From NCBI RefSeq assembly GCF_030144855.1, contig NC_082709.1, positions 33,108,001 through 33,172,000 of the forward strand: a stretch of DNA of 64,000 nt, given 5' to 3'. Of this stretch, positions 53,560-64,000 are shown in pieces (within the stretch, counting starts at the first letter, position 1; each line of letters starts with the position of its first letter). The notes beneath the pieces are model-generated. The model saw nothing but the letters and a program-made list of their open reading frames with translations. It did not search any database and was not told the origin of the DNA. The stretch is from Hypanus sabinus (taxonomy: Eukaryota). The position numbers and the translations under genes are program-made.

Positions 53560-54829
53560 CTGGTGGAGACAAAAGTTTAGTTTTACCAATAGCTCAGAGT
53601 CAGATAAACAGATTTTCTCAAATATAAGCTGAAATTTGTACAGATTTGTCTGCTCTTGGATGCCATGACTCACTAAATACACAGTCAGATGCTCAAGGAC
53701 AATATGACCTTTAAATCTCCTCATAGCATGAAACAGAAAACAATACGGAAGTTAAGCTTTGTTATAACTGACCAAAGATATTTAGAACATTTGGCTTGTG
53801 TATTAACAACTGAGGTTTCACAGAACAGAATCACTGTTGCAATGCATGAACATGCATAATAATATGAATGGTTATGACAGCTTGAGGACATAGGATACAA
53901 CTGGCTTCAGCTTGCATGTTTCCATCATCCTTAGGGATTATTTACTTGTCAATCTGGATGTAGTAAAAATAATTAAAGATAATGTATAATTTTCTGGCAG
54001 ATTAAAGTGTTCAATTGCAGTATTGTTTCAAATGATACTTCATAAAAAAACATTCTTTTATTCAGAATCAAACAAATGTCTTGAAATTTTAACATCTTTA
54101 CTACAAGAGAGAAATTCTGTAACACATTGATAATATGTTTACTATGTTCCCATGAACACTATAAATTATTAAGAATGCTGATATCCAATAATCAATGTTG
54201 ATTTTGCTCTTGGATGTACCTCCACAGCTGTGTGAGGTTATTCTGACTGGTTTCATTAGCAGTGGTTGCTGAAATAGAGCATGGCAATCTCCCAAATTGG
54301 CATTATTGCATATTCAAGCCTGTTCTGCACTGCAAAGAAAGCCCACATTTGGGGAACTGAGGGCAGAAAGCTCTGTGACCACTATTTAAGTTTCACATTG
54401 ACCAGAGGGGTGGACAAACATTAAAGATGACTGAAAAATTTATTCAAGGCTTCTCCCTTTTCACAACCTGTATTGCAGTTTAACTTCAGAAAATGCCCAG
54501 GAGAAATGTACATGCATTCAATGAAATAGTTCTGTGAACAATACAGATGGATGAGGGGAAAAGTAAGTTCAAAATAGTATAAGACAGAATGCCAAGGTAA
54601 GGTGGAGCAGCTTTTCCCTGTGCCAAGCAAAAAGACTGCATCCCATTTCACCTTGACTGACACTGATTGCTAATTTCTTAATGCTAAAACTTTTATCCAA
54701 GCCCCATTTGTACACCCAAATTACTGGACAGATTTTATTATTGACCCTTTAAACTATTGTTGCCACATTAATCCCTAGAAAATAAGACCAGAAGATGGTG
54801 AATTTACAACAAAATCCAAATGTCCCATA

Positions 54830-55140
54830 TGAGCAACACACACAAAATGCTGAGAAACTCAGCAGGCCAGGGGGCATCTAGGAAAAGAGTACTGTCGATG
54901 TTTCAGGCCAAAACCTTTCGGCAGGGCTGGAGAAAAAAAGCTGAGGAGTAGATTTAAAAGGTGGCGGGCTTGGGGGAAGAGAAACACAAGGTGAAGCCCA
55001 AAGGAAGAGGGATGAAGTAAAGAACTTGGAAGCTGATAGGTGAAATAGACAGAAGACCATGGAAGAAAGAAAAGGGGGCAGGAGCACCAGAGGGAGTCAC
55101 TTGGATTTCTAGCATCTGCAGATTTTCTCTCGTTTATGAT
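54830..55140 (-). mobile_element. Penelope-like terminal fragment
   Basis: CACACAAAATGCTGAGAAACTCAGCAGG, hammerhead remnant and short inverted end. Confidence 0.7.
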
Positions 55141-55664
55141 TGGATGTATAATATGATTCTATTTATTGGCTCGTGAAGCCAGAATACCACACAATGACCC
55201 AACTGCTGATGTTGTAGTGACATCAGCTTCCCCATCATTACACAATGAAATTAACAACAAACCTAGTAGTGTGAGCAAGTGCAACCATGTGTGGAGAAGT
55301 CGAGATTGCCATCTATAATTCACTTTTCTCCACAGGCTACACTGACTAGTGGTCGTCTCCAGCATAATTTCCAAAAATCAGATGAAAGATTCAGTATTTA
55401 CGAGTTCCTCTCATTGTAAAATGGCCTGAACATGGTTAGAGTGAATGAAGTGTAATTACATTTAATACCATTCTTACCTTAAATGCAAAGGAATTTTAAA
55501 TCATAAAGAGTACTTTTCTATTTCTTAAAAAGCTTATAGTATTTCAGCATTTAATTCTAAATGCATGCATGTTCAGTCTTTATTATGTGCTATTAAATGT
55601 TTAAAAATTGTACTTTTCGTGTCCAGTATTGGTGTCGTTAAGAAGTCTTCAATGTTTGGCTCAT

Positions 55665-55680
55665 CAACTAGAGGGCGCTG
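55665..55680 (+). promoter_or_regulatory. Candidate CTCF site
   Basis: CAACTAGAGGGCGCTG is close to the CCACYAGRKGGCRS consensus and lies in unique AT-rich DNA. Confidence 0.55.
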
Positions 55681-55989
55681 TTGTTGAATGCCAGCTGTCC
55701 CAAAACTGACTCCTGACAGCAAATGAAGTCAGGAACATGGTACGGATATCTCCCGATCTTTTTGCACAACTTTCTTGACAGTAAGTGCAAACATATTTTC
55801 TATGCCACTGGTTACAAATTCCATGCCATTCCCTTCAAACTTTCAGTATTTTAGCATTACTTAACAACATGTAGTTCAAAGTGACAATCAACAGGGAGAA
55901 ACAAAAAACACAATTAAAATCAGACTGGTAATCTTAGCCGTAAGAAAACTATTAAAAAGATGCCATTACCATTTAACTTCTTTGCTGTC

Positions 55990-57312
55990 TTGAAGAAAAT
56001 ACTGAGTGAGTACTTTCCTTTTCAGGACATCAGAAATGTCCTTCTTCAAAGACTAGCGTTTCTCTTCCTCCACCATTGATGTTGCCCTCACCAGTATCTC
56101 CTTCATTTCCTAGATTTATGCGCCCACTCCATCATCCTGCCGCTTTACAGGAATAGAGTTGCTCTTGTCCTCACCTACCATCCATGCCCCTCTGCACCCA
56201 ACACAACATTCTTTGCAACTTCTGCCATTTTCAACATGATTCTAAAACCAAACACATCTTTACCTGCTGTGATGAACTACATATACCTGTCTGGACACGC
56301 CCCCCCCCCCCCCCCCCCCACTGCTGACTGTTCCTGTGGCTCCTCCCACAGACTCCGGTATAAAGGCGACTGGGGCCTGAGCCCTGCCCTCAGTCTCCAG
56401 GATGTAGCATGCTGGTCAATTGTTGCTTGTTCTTTCTTCCAGTCAATAAAGGCTGATATCTCGCCTCACGTCTCAGAGAGTTATTGATGGTGCATCACCT
56501 GCCCCGCTCCACTCTCTGCATTCCATAGGGATTGCTCCTACCATGATTCTCTTGTCCATTCTTCCCTCTCCACTAATCTCCCTCCTGTCACATATCCCTA
56601 CAAGTGACACCTGCCCATTCATTCAAACCGTCCTTCTAGGTGAGGCAACACTTCAACTACAAACCTATTGTTGTTGTCTATTGTATTTGATGCTCCCAAT
56701 ACAGCCTCCTCTACAATGTAGTAAATTGGGTGACCTCTTTGTTGAGCACCTCCACTCCATCTGCCAAAAGCAGATTTCCTAGTGGCCAATCATCTTAATC
56801 CCTATCCCCATTCACAATCTGACATGTTGATCCATGCCCTCCTCTTTTGCCTCTAAGAAGCCACACTCAAGGTGGAACAGCAAAATTTCATTTTCTTAGT
56901 TGGTAACCTTCAGCTCAATGGCATGAGGCTGTCCACCTGGTAATTATTTTGCCCTCCCCATTACCTCCTCTTCTGTTTTCCACTCTTGCCTCTTATTTCG
57001 ATGCTCCCTCACCTGCTTATCATCTCCACCCTGTGCTTCCTCCTTCTTCCCCTTCTCCCACAATCCACTCTCCTCTCCTATCAGATTCCTTCTTCTCCAG
57101 GTCTTTACCTTTTCCACCCACCTGGCTTCACCTAGCACCTTCAAGCTAGTTCTCTTCCCTCTTTCCCCACTTTTTTATTCTGTCATCTTCCCCCTTTCCT
57201 TTCCAGTCCTGAAAAAGGTCTCAGCATTTCCATTTCCATAGATGCCGTATGACCTGCTGAGTTTTGTGTATATTGCTTTGAACTTCCAGCATCTGCAGAC
57301 TTTCTTGTGTTT
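55990..57312 (+). mobile_element. Penelope-like element 3' part (GIY-YIG-like region), interrupted by a solo LTR
   Basis: LVLTYHP, KLGDLFVEHLHS, KVEQQNFIF and terminal ATAGATGCC..GACCTGCTGAG. Confidence 0.8.
56268..56497 (+). mobile_element. Solo LTR, same Gypsy family, nested in a Penelope-like element
   Basis: TGTGATGAAC...CATCA with TSD CCTGC. Internal C-run expanded to 20 (56300-56319). Confidence 0.95.
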
Positions 57313-57659
57313 AGATGAAAGAGTTTCTTCTCAGGCTAATATAACAATTGGATCTCCTTTCCTTTCATAAGATCCTTTCCTGGATTTTATTTACCATTCA
57401 AATATGACATGCAACAGATAGTTACTGGACAAAGTAGTGAAGGAGCAAAGTTAAATGTGTCAGCAATTCATAAGCTATCTCCTGACTGGGCCTCTTTAGT
57501 TGCAAGAGACTTTAAATCAGCTCCCAAACCATTTTTACCCATTGGGCATGACAATCAGGTACAGATTAAGGACAGTGGCATATACAATATGGCCTGCAAT
57601 GTTTCCCCAGAGATGTTTCCAGTCTTTATCAAAGTGAAATGGTAATCCTGTTTACAAGC

Positions 57660-58515
57660 ATAAATATTGGTCAGGTTGCAAGCTTGAAGGTCTGAGGGGG
57701 AATGGAGAGGTATGGCAGTCAGTTGTAAGGCTCGAGAAACCTGAAAGCATGGGTTTTCCTTAATCAGAATTTAACAGGTATACACAACCAGCATATTGGT
57801 CTTTTCCTCCTGACTGGACTGAGGCATTGGCAGTTGTTCAGAGAGCCCTCTGGCATAAACCAGCTGGTAGGAGAAGGGAATTGGAAGGGAGGGGTGTTGC
57901 ATGAGGTAGAAACTTTGGGGGGAGGGAAGGGAGATGGGTGTTGGGGAAGAAGCACAGATATTGTATTCTACAGTCTTTACCATAGTTACAGCAGTGGAAG
58001 GAGAATGAGGGAGTTCTTGCATTTATGGTGAGAAAGGAGAATAGTATACTGCACACAGTAACTGATCTTGTGGTGCATTTAGAGATTGGCAGGCATGACA
58101 TGATAGGCGTCACTGAGTTGTGGTGAAAAGAACATCGTAGTTAGGGGCTTAACGTCCAAGGATGCACATTGTATTGAAAAGACAGGCAGGTAGGCAGAGG
58201 AGGGTGGGGAGGCTGCATTGGAATAAATTATATCAAACCCTTAGAAACAGAATTGGAAAATGTAGAATCCTTGTGGGTGGGGCTAAGAAACTGCAAGGGT
58301 AACAAGTCCCTGATGGAACTTGTATACAGGCCTCAGAACAGTAGCCAGGATGTGGGGTACAAATTACAAAAGCAGAGGTTGATAGGTTCTTGATTAGTAA
58401 GGAGTGATGGTCAGAGAATGGGATTGAGAGGGATAATAAATCAGCCTTGATGGAATGGCAGAGCACAGATAATCCAAAGTGCCTAATTCTGCTCTTATGC
58501 CTTATGATCTTATGG
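57660..58515 (+). mobile_element. Internally deleted CR1: ORF1 end and endonuclease start joined directly to the 3' tail
   Basis: HDMIGVTELW...ESLWV..RNCKG..YRP runs into GCAGAGGTTGATAGGTTCTTG...TTATGATCTTATGG near 58370. Confidence 0.75.
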
Positions 58516-58556
58516 ATAAACCTCTGGACAAAAATGCACTGGGCAGAAACAGCTGG

Positions 58557-59451
58557 CAAGATGGCAGCCTGACTGGTCAGAGTGGTTTCTACAGAGTTAA
58601 CAAAAGGAGCTACCGTTATACTTAAATGTACACCTAATGATCGCAAGATCCGGCTATGCATTGCGAACTCAAAGGACTGCGGGTCTACACCATCAGCCCA
58701 TTGCTCGTTGGTGGAGATGATGAAGCAGCTGCGCATCATGCTGCCACCTGAATTGATGGAGATTTATAGTCTGATAGTGAGTGGCTGTCATGGTCGCTTT
58801 TCTTGCGATTGCTAGACCCCTTTGGACATTGTTAATCTGGTACGCCACAAGCTCAATTTGCTGATTTATTGGATATGACCAGGGGCGGTTGGAGAGGGAT
58901 AAGTCCTTGGTCATGGCAAGGATTAGGCCTGAAGCCATGGTGTTGCCTGTTTGCAGCTGCCTGGAGTGAGGGGATAAAGCCATTGTGCTTCACCGGGGGC
59001 AGTGTGGCATGGTGTCCAGAATGGAATCTGAACTGCCCTCCTGGGGTTTTACTCAGCAAAAGGTAAGCTCTGTTGTCGCTGGCTACAGAGTTTTAGTGGC
59101 GCTCAATGGATTCGGGCCTCAACCTGTGGGGTTGCTTGCTTTTCATCCACTGGAGGAGAGGCGTTCGAGCCATTGGGCTCTACCACAGGTAACGTAGTGC
59201 AGTTGTGGTGACTAAAGATTTAAAATAGATGGAGGGGCTTGGAATATATACATATATACTTGTCTGGTTGTGTTTTCACTAATACTCTATATATGCTTGT
59301 ATAGGTGAGGACAGGACCTCAAAGCCACTGTGTTGCCTAGAGAGCACTGGGGGGCCAGTCGACAGATGGTCGAGGTGTGCTGTCTGGCTTGGCTGTATTT
59401 ATGAGTATTCATATGTGGTTAAATGATAAATAAACCTGAATTAGATTGAAT
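58557..59451 (+). mobile_element. Unclassified non-coding retroposon-like segment
   Basis: GC-richer block starting CAAGATGGC and ending AATAAACCTGAATTAGATTGAAT. Confidence 0.45.
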
Positions 59452-60989
59452 CAAGCACCTTTGAAATGGTCAGCCAACTGAAAAGATGAATAAATTTAAA
59501 CCTTTTTACAAGCATATTCCCAGACGACATGGATGCAGATATTTACCAATCTGAGACTGTGCTACCATTGTGGATTTTCGATCACAAAGTGGAGAAAACG
59601 GTAACCCCAAGTCTGCTTCACTGTCACCCTGCAGAGAAAATAATGAAGGAAAATATTATGTTCGGAAAAACCCTAATTACACGCATTTTAATTGGACAGA
59701 TAATGCACGTGCAGATCTGCATGTATGTTTTGTGGGTGGGAGGAGTGAGTAATGTAGAATGCTCATTATCGCCTGTGCATTAAGCACTGAAGCCATGGTG
59801 TCTCCAATCTGATTAACCTGCCTTTCTCCAGAGAATAGGATATGCTCAGCAAGGTTAAACAGTATCTAGCAATAGGAACAGGAGTAACACACTAAGCTCT
59901 CAGCTACTCAATAACCTAAAAAATATTAGGTGTAAGAAAGTCTGCCCAGTGCAAAGATGTGGGTCACAATAAAATTGTAATCTAAATCATTGGGTTATTC
60001 TCTCATTTTCCCCTTCCTACTGTACTGAATGCATTGGAGAGACTAAATGAGATCCTTTAGCTGCTGTACTTTCATCTTGTTTTGACTGCTAACTACTTCA
60101 TGCAATATTCAACCACCGGAACAGATCAGAATTTTAAAACACCTTACTTTCTTGCAGTTACTGCTTAAATAAAAAGGAGATAATGTTGATTTAAAGTGAG
60201 GATGTTTTCCTATTTTTTCTTATGAGGAGAGTGTAAAAGTAAACTTTAATCTGTCAGTGATCCAGAAAGTACCTATTGCTGATATACCATCAAAGCATGG
60301 GCAACCTTCTATCATATTGACTGCTATCACCATCACAAAATATTACATTTCATCATAATCTTCCATCTTATTCCCTTGTTCTACAAGACCCATCACAAAA
60401 TCTGATGTACCCCAGTAGCACGAACACAGAAAAGAAATACAATTTTAAATTAGACTTGTCTTTTTTTGATTTTGATGTACAAAAAATATTAAATATCACT
60501 AAATGTCAGCTTTAGTCATTAATTCTAAAGAGACTAACAATGCATTTAGAGCATAAGCCCTTCTTTAATTAATGTCAGGTACTAGGCATTGTGTTAAGAA
60601 TTAGAAAGACACTGTCCATGATCACATGTTGCCATTCAACTATGTCACTTCTGCAAGTTACTGCAGCCCAGTTCAGAAAATGCATCTATCTAATGTATAC
60701 CCCTAGGCAAATGAAAATGCAGAGCAAAGTTAATAATAGACCACTTCTCTGCTCACAAGATGGGTAAATTACAGAATGAGACTTTTCACAACGACGCGAT
60801 CACACCATCTTCCTCAAATATTCTTGGTGTCATATTCTTGTGGGTCAGGCTCTATTTACATTTGATCAGGGGTTATAAGTGTTGAACTATTTTTTGTGGA
60901 CAGCCCACAAATTATGACAAGCAAGCATTCCTGAAATAGGATAGGGTAATAGGGCATGGGAGAACTGTACAATGGGTATCTCAAAGGTG

Positions 60990-63900
60990 TAGAACATAGA
61001 AAACCAACAGTACAATACAGGCCCTTTTGCCCACAATGCTGTGCCGAACATCTACTTACTTTAGAAATTACCATAGAACATTACAGCACAGAAACAGACC
61101 TTTTGGCCCTTCTTGGCTGTGCTGAACCATTTTTTTGCCTAGTCCCACTGACCTGCACCTGAGCCACATCCCTCCATACCCTCTCATCCATATACCTGTC
61201 CAAGTTTTTCTTAAGTATCAAAAGTGAGCCCGCATGCACAACTTCATCTGGCAGCTCATTCCACACTCCCACCACTCTCTGCGTGAAGAAGCCCCCCCAA
61301 TGTTCCCTTTAAGCTTTTCCCCTTTCACCCTTAACCCATGACCTCTAGTTTTTTTCTCCCCCTAGCCTCAGTGGAAAAAGTCTGCTTGCATTCACTCTAT
61401 CTATACCCATCATAATTTTATATAACTCTATCAAATCTCCCCTCATTCTTCTACTCTCCAGGGAATAAAGTCCTAACCTATTCAACCTTTCTCTGTAACT
61501 CAGTTTCTCAAGTCCCGGCAACATCCACATAAACTGTCTCTGCACTCTTTCAACCTTATTAATATCCTTCCTGTAATTAGGTGACCAAAGCTGCACACGA
61601 TACTCCAAATTCGGTCTCACCAATGTCTTATACAACCTCACCATTACATTCCAACTCTTATACTCAATACTTTGATTTATAAAGGCCAATGTACCAAAAG
61701 CTCTCTTGGCAACTCTATCTACTTGTGACACCACTTTTAGGGAATTATGTATCTGTACTCCCAGATCCTTCTATTCTACTGCACTCCTCAGTGTCCTACC
61801 ATTTACCTTGTATGTTCTACCTTGGTCTGACCTTCCAAAGTGCAATACCTCACACTTGTCCACATTAAACTCCATCTGCCATTTTTCAGCCCATTCCTCC
61901 AACTGGTCCAAATCCCTCTGCAAGCTTTGAAAACCTTCCTCACTGTCCACTACACCTCCAATCTTTGTATCATCAGCAAATTTCCTGATCCAATTTGCCA
62001 CATTATCATCCAGATCATTGATATAGATGACAAATAACAATGGACCCAGCACTGATCCCTGTGGCACACCACTAGTCACAGGCCTCCACTCAGAGAAGCA
62101 ATCCTCCACTAACACTCTCTGGCTTCTTCCATTGAACCAGTGTCTAATCCAATTTACTACCTCTCCATGTATACCTAGCGACTGAATCTTCCTAACTAAC
62201 CTCCCATGCAGGACCTTGTCAAAGGCCTTACTGAAGTCCATGCATACAACATCCACTGCCTTCCCTTCATCCACTTCCCTGGTAAATTCCTGGAAAAACT
62301 CTAATAGATTGGTTAAACGTTACCTACCACACACAAAACCATGCTGACTTTTTCTAATAAGTCCCTGTCTATCCAAATACTTGTAGATCCTATCTCTTAG
62401 TATTCCTTCCAATAATTTACCTACTACCGATGTCAAACTTACCGGCCTATAATTTTCCAGCTTACTTTTTGAGCCTTTTTTAAACAATGTAACTACATGA
62501 GCTATCCTCTAATCCTTTGGCACCTGACCCGTGGATATTGACATTTTAAATATTTCTGCCAGGGCCCCTGCTATTTCAACACTAGTCTCCTTCAAAGTCA
62601 GGGGGAATACCCTGTCAAGTCCTGGGGATTTATCTACTCTGATTTGCCTCAAGACAGCAAGCACCTCCTCCTCTGTAATCTGTATAAGTTCCATGACCTC
62701 CCTACTTGGTTGCTTTGTTTCCATATACTCCATTCCAGTTTCCTTAGTAAATACAGATGGAAAAAATACACTTAATATCTCTCCCATTACTTTTAGTTCC
62801 ATACATAGCCGACCACTCTGATCTTCAAGAGGATAATTTTATCCCTTACTATTCTTTTGCTCTTAACACACCTGTAGAAGCTCTTAGGATTATCCTTCAC
62901 CCTGACTGCCAAAGCAACCTCATGTCTTCTTTTAGACCTCCTGATTTCTTTCTTAAGTATTTTCTTACTCCTTTTATACTCCTCAAGCATCTTATTTCCT
63001 CCCTGTTGCCTATACATGTTATACATCTCTCTCTTATTCTTTATCAGAGTTCCAATATCCTTCGAGAACCAAGGTTCCTTATTCTTATTCATTTTGCCTT
63101 TAACCCTGACAGGAACATACAGACTCTGCACTCTCAAAATTTCTCCTTTGAAGACCTCCCACTTACCAATCACATCCTTGCCAGAGAACAGAGAAATTAC
63201 CTAGGGTTACCCATAGTCCTCTATTTTTCTAAGCTCCATGTACCTATCTATCCAAGAGTCTCTTGAAATATCCTATCATATCCACCTCCAACACCGTCGC
63301 TGGTAACCCATTTCATGCACTCACCGCCCTCTGCTTAAAAAACTTACCTCTGATATCTCCTCTGTACCTACTTCCAAGCACCTTAAAACAATGCCCCTTC
63401 GTGTTAGCCATTCCACCCCTGGGAAAAAAGCCTCTGACTATCCACATGATCAATGCCTCTTATTATCTTATACACCTCCATCAGGTCACCTCTCATCCTC
63501 TGTCACTCCAAGGACAAAAGACCAAATTCACTCAACCTGTTTTCATAAGGCATGTTCCCCAATCTAGGCAACATCTTTGTAAATCTCCTCTGCACCCTTT
63601 CTATAGTTTCCACATCGTTCCTGTAGTGAGGTGACCAGAACTGAGAACAATACTCCAAGCAGGATCTAACCAGAGTCCTATATAGCTGTAACATTACCTC
63701 GTGGCTCTTAAACTCAGTCCCACAGTTGATGAAGGCCAATGTACCATATATCTTCTTAACCACAGAGTCAACCTGCGCAGCAGCTTTGAGTGTCCTATGG
63801 ATTCAGACCCCAAGATCTTTCTGATTCTCCACACTGCCAAGAGTCTTACCATTAATATTATATTCCGCCATCATATTTGACCTACCAAAATGAACCACTT

Positions 63901-64000
63901 CACACTTATCTAGGTTGAACTCCATCTGCCACTTCTCAGCCCAGTTTTGCATCTTGTCAATGTCCCGCTATAACCTCTGACAGCCCTCCACACTATCCAC
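60990..64000 (-). mobile_element. Host CR1 whose 3' UTR is split by the 61073-63191 insertion; runs off the window edge
   Basis: Tail at 60990-61072 resumes at 63192. ORF QFWSPHYRNDVETIERVQRRFTKMLP. Confidence 0.85.
61073..63191 (-). mobile_element. Relatively young 5'-truncated CR1 LINE with a 10-bp TSD
   Basis: Long RT ORFs (SGVPQGSVLGP, KFADDTK). AGAAATTACC at 61063-61072 and 63192-63201. Confidence 0.93.

Noticed and set aside
53390-53572. ORF-track 60-aa protein as a stand-alone gene
   Set aside because: It is an internal PDE1 exon read through its splice sites.
58233-58739. 168-aa minus-strand ORF
   Set aside because: It spans the antisense of a CR1 tail and the adjacent unclassified repeat, with no recognisable domain.
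1-64000. Prokaryotic-type systems (operons, CRISPR arrays, defence islands)
   Set aside because: The sequence is intron- and retroelement-rich vertebrate DNA, with no regularly spaced repeat-spacer array or dense gene packing.
53560-64000. Preceding PDE1A exon (expected ...LCDRKSTMVAQSQI)
   Set aside because: Not found by eye. The AG|GTAC site near 60272 does not encode it, so it is presumably beyond the window.

Overview
Eukaryotic, AT-rich, repeat-dense vertebrate DNA. The repeat families (CR1 LINEs, V-SINEs, Penelope-like elements, Rex/Babar-like LINE tails, Deu-domain SINE relics) suggest a cartilaginous fish, probably a ray (inference). The only host gene I can support is the 3' end of a calmodulin-dependent phosphodiesterase, best matching PDE1A, on the minus strand. 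It has three phase-compatible coding exons (53442-53559, 26463-26650, 18452-18762); the upstream exons lie beyond the right edge. Most of the rest is transposon-derived. This includes a full-length but mutated Gypsy LTR retrotransposon (7992-12379, 5-bp TSD), three solo LTRs of the same family each with its own TSD, and a second RT-deleted Gypsy element. The most striking signal is that the full-length element has no tRNA primer-binding site. Instead, the 16 nt just after its 5' LTR are the exact reverse complement of the LTR's own AATAAA-containing segment, suggesting self-priming and/or masking of the poly(A) signal. Penelope-like ends carry minimal hammerhead ribozyme motifs, one with an intact core. 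Almost all short ORFs in the supplied track are decayed retroelement fragments or spurious. Boundaries of degraded repeats are approximate, and family names come from recognition rather than database searches.
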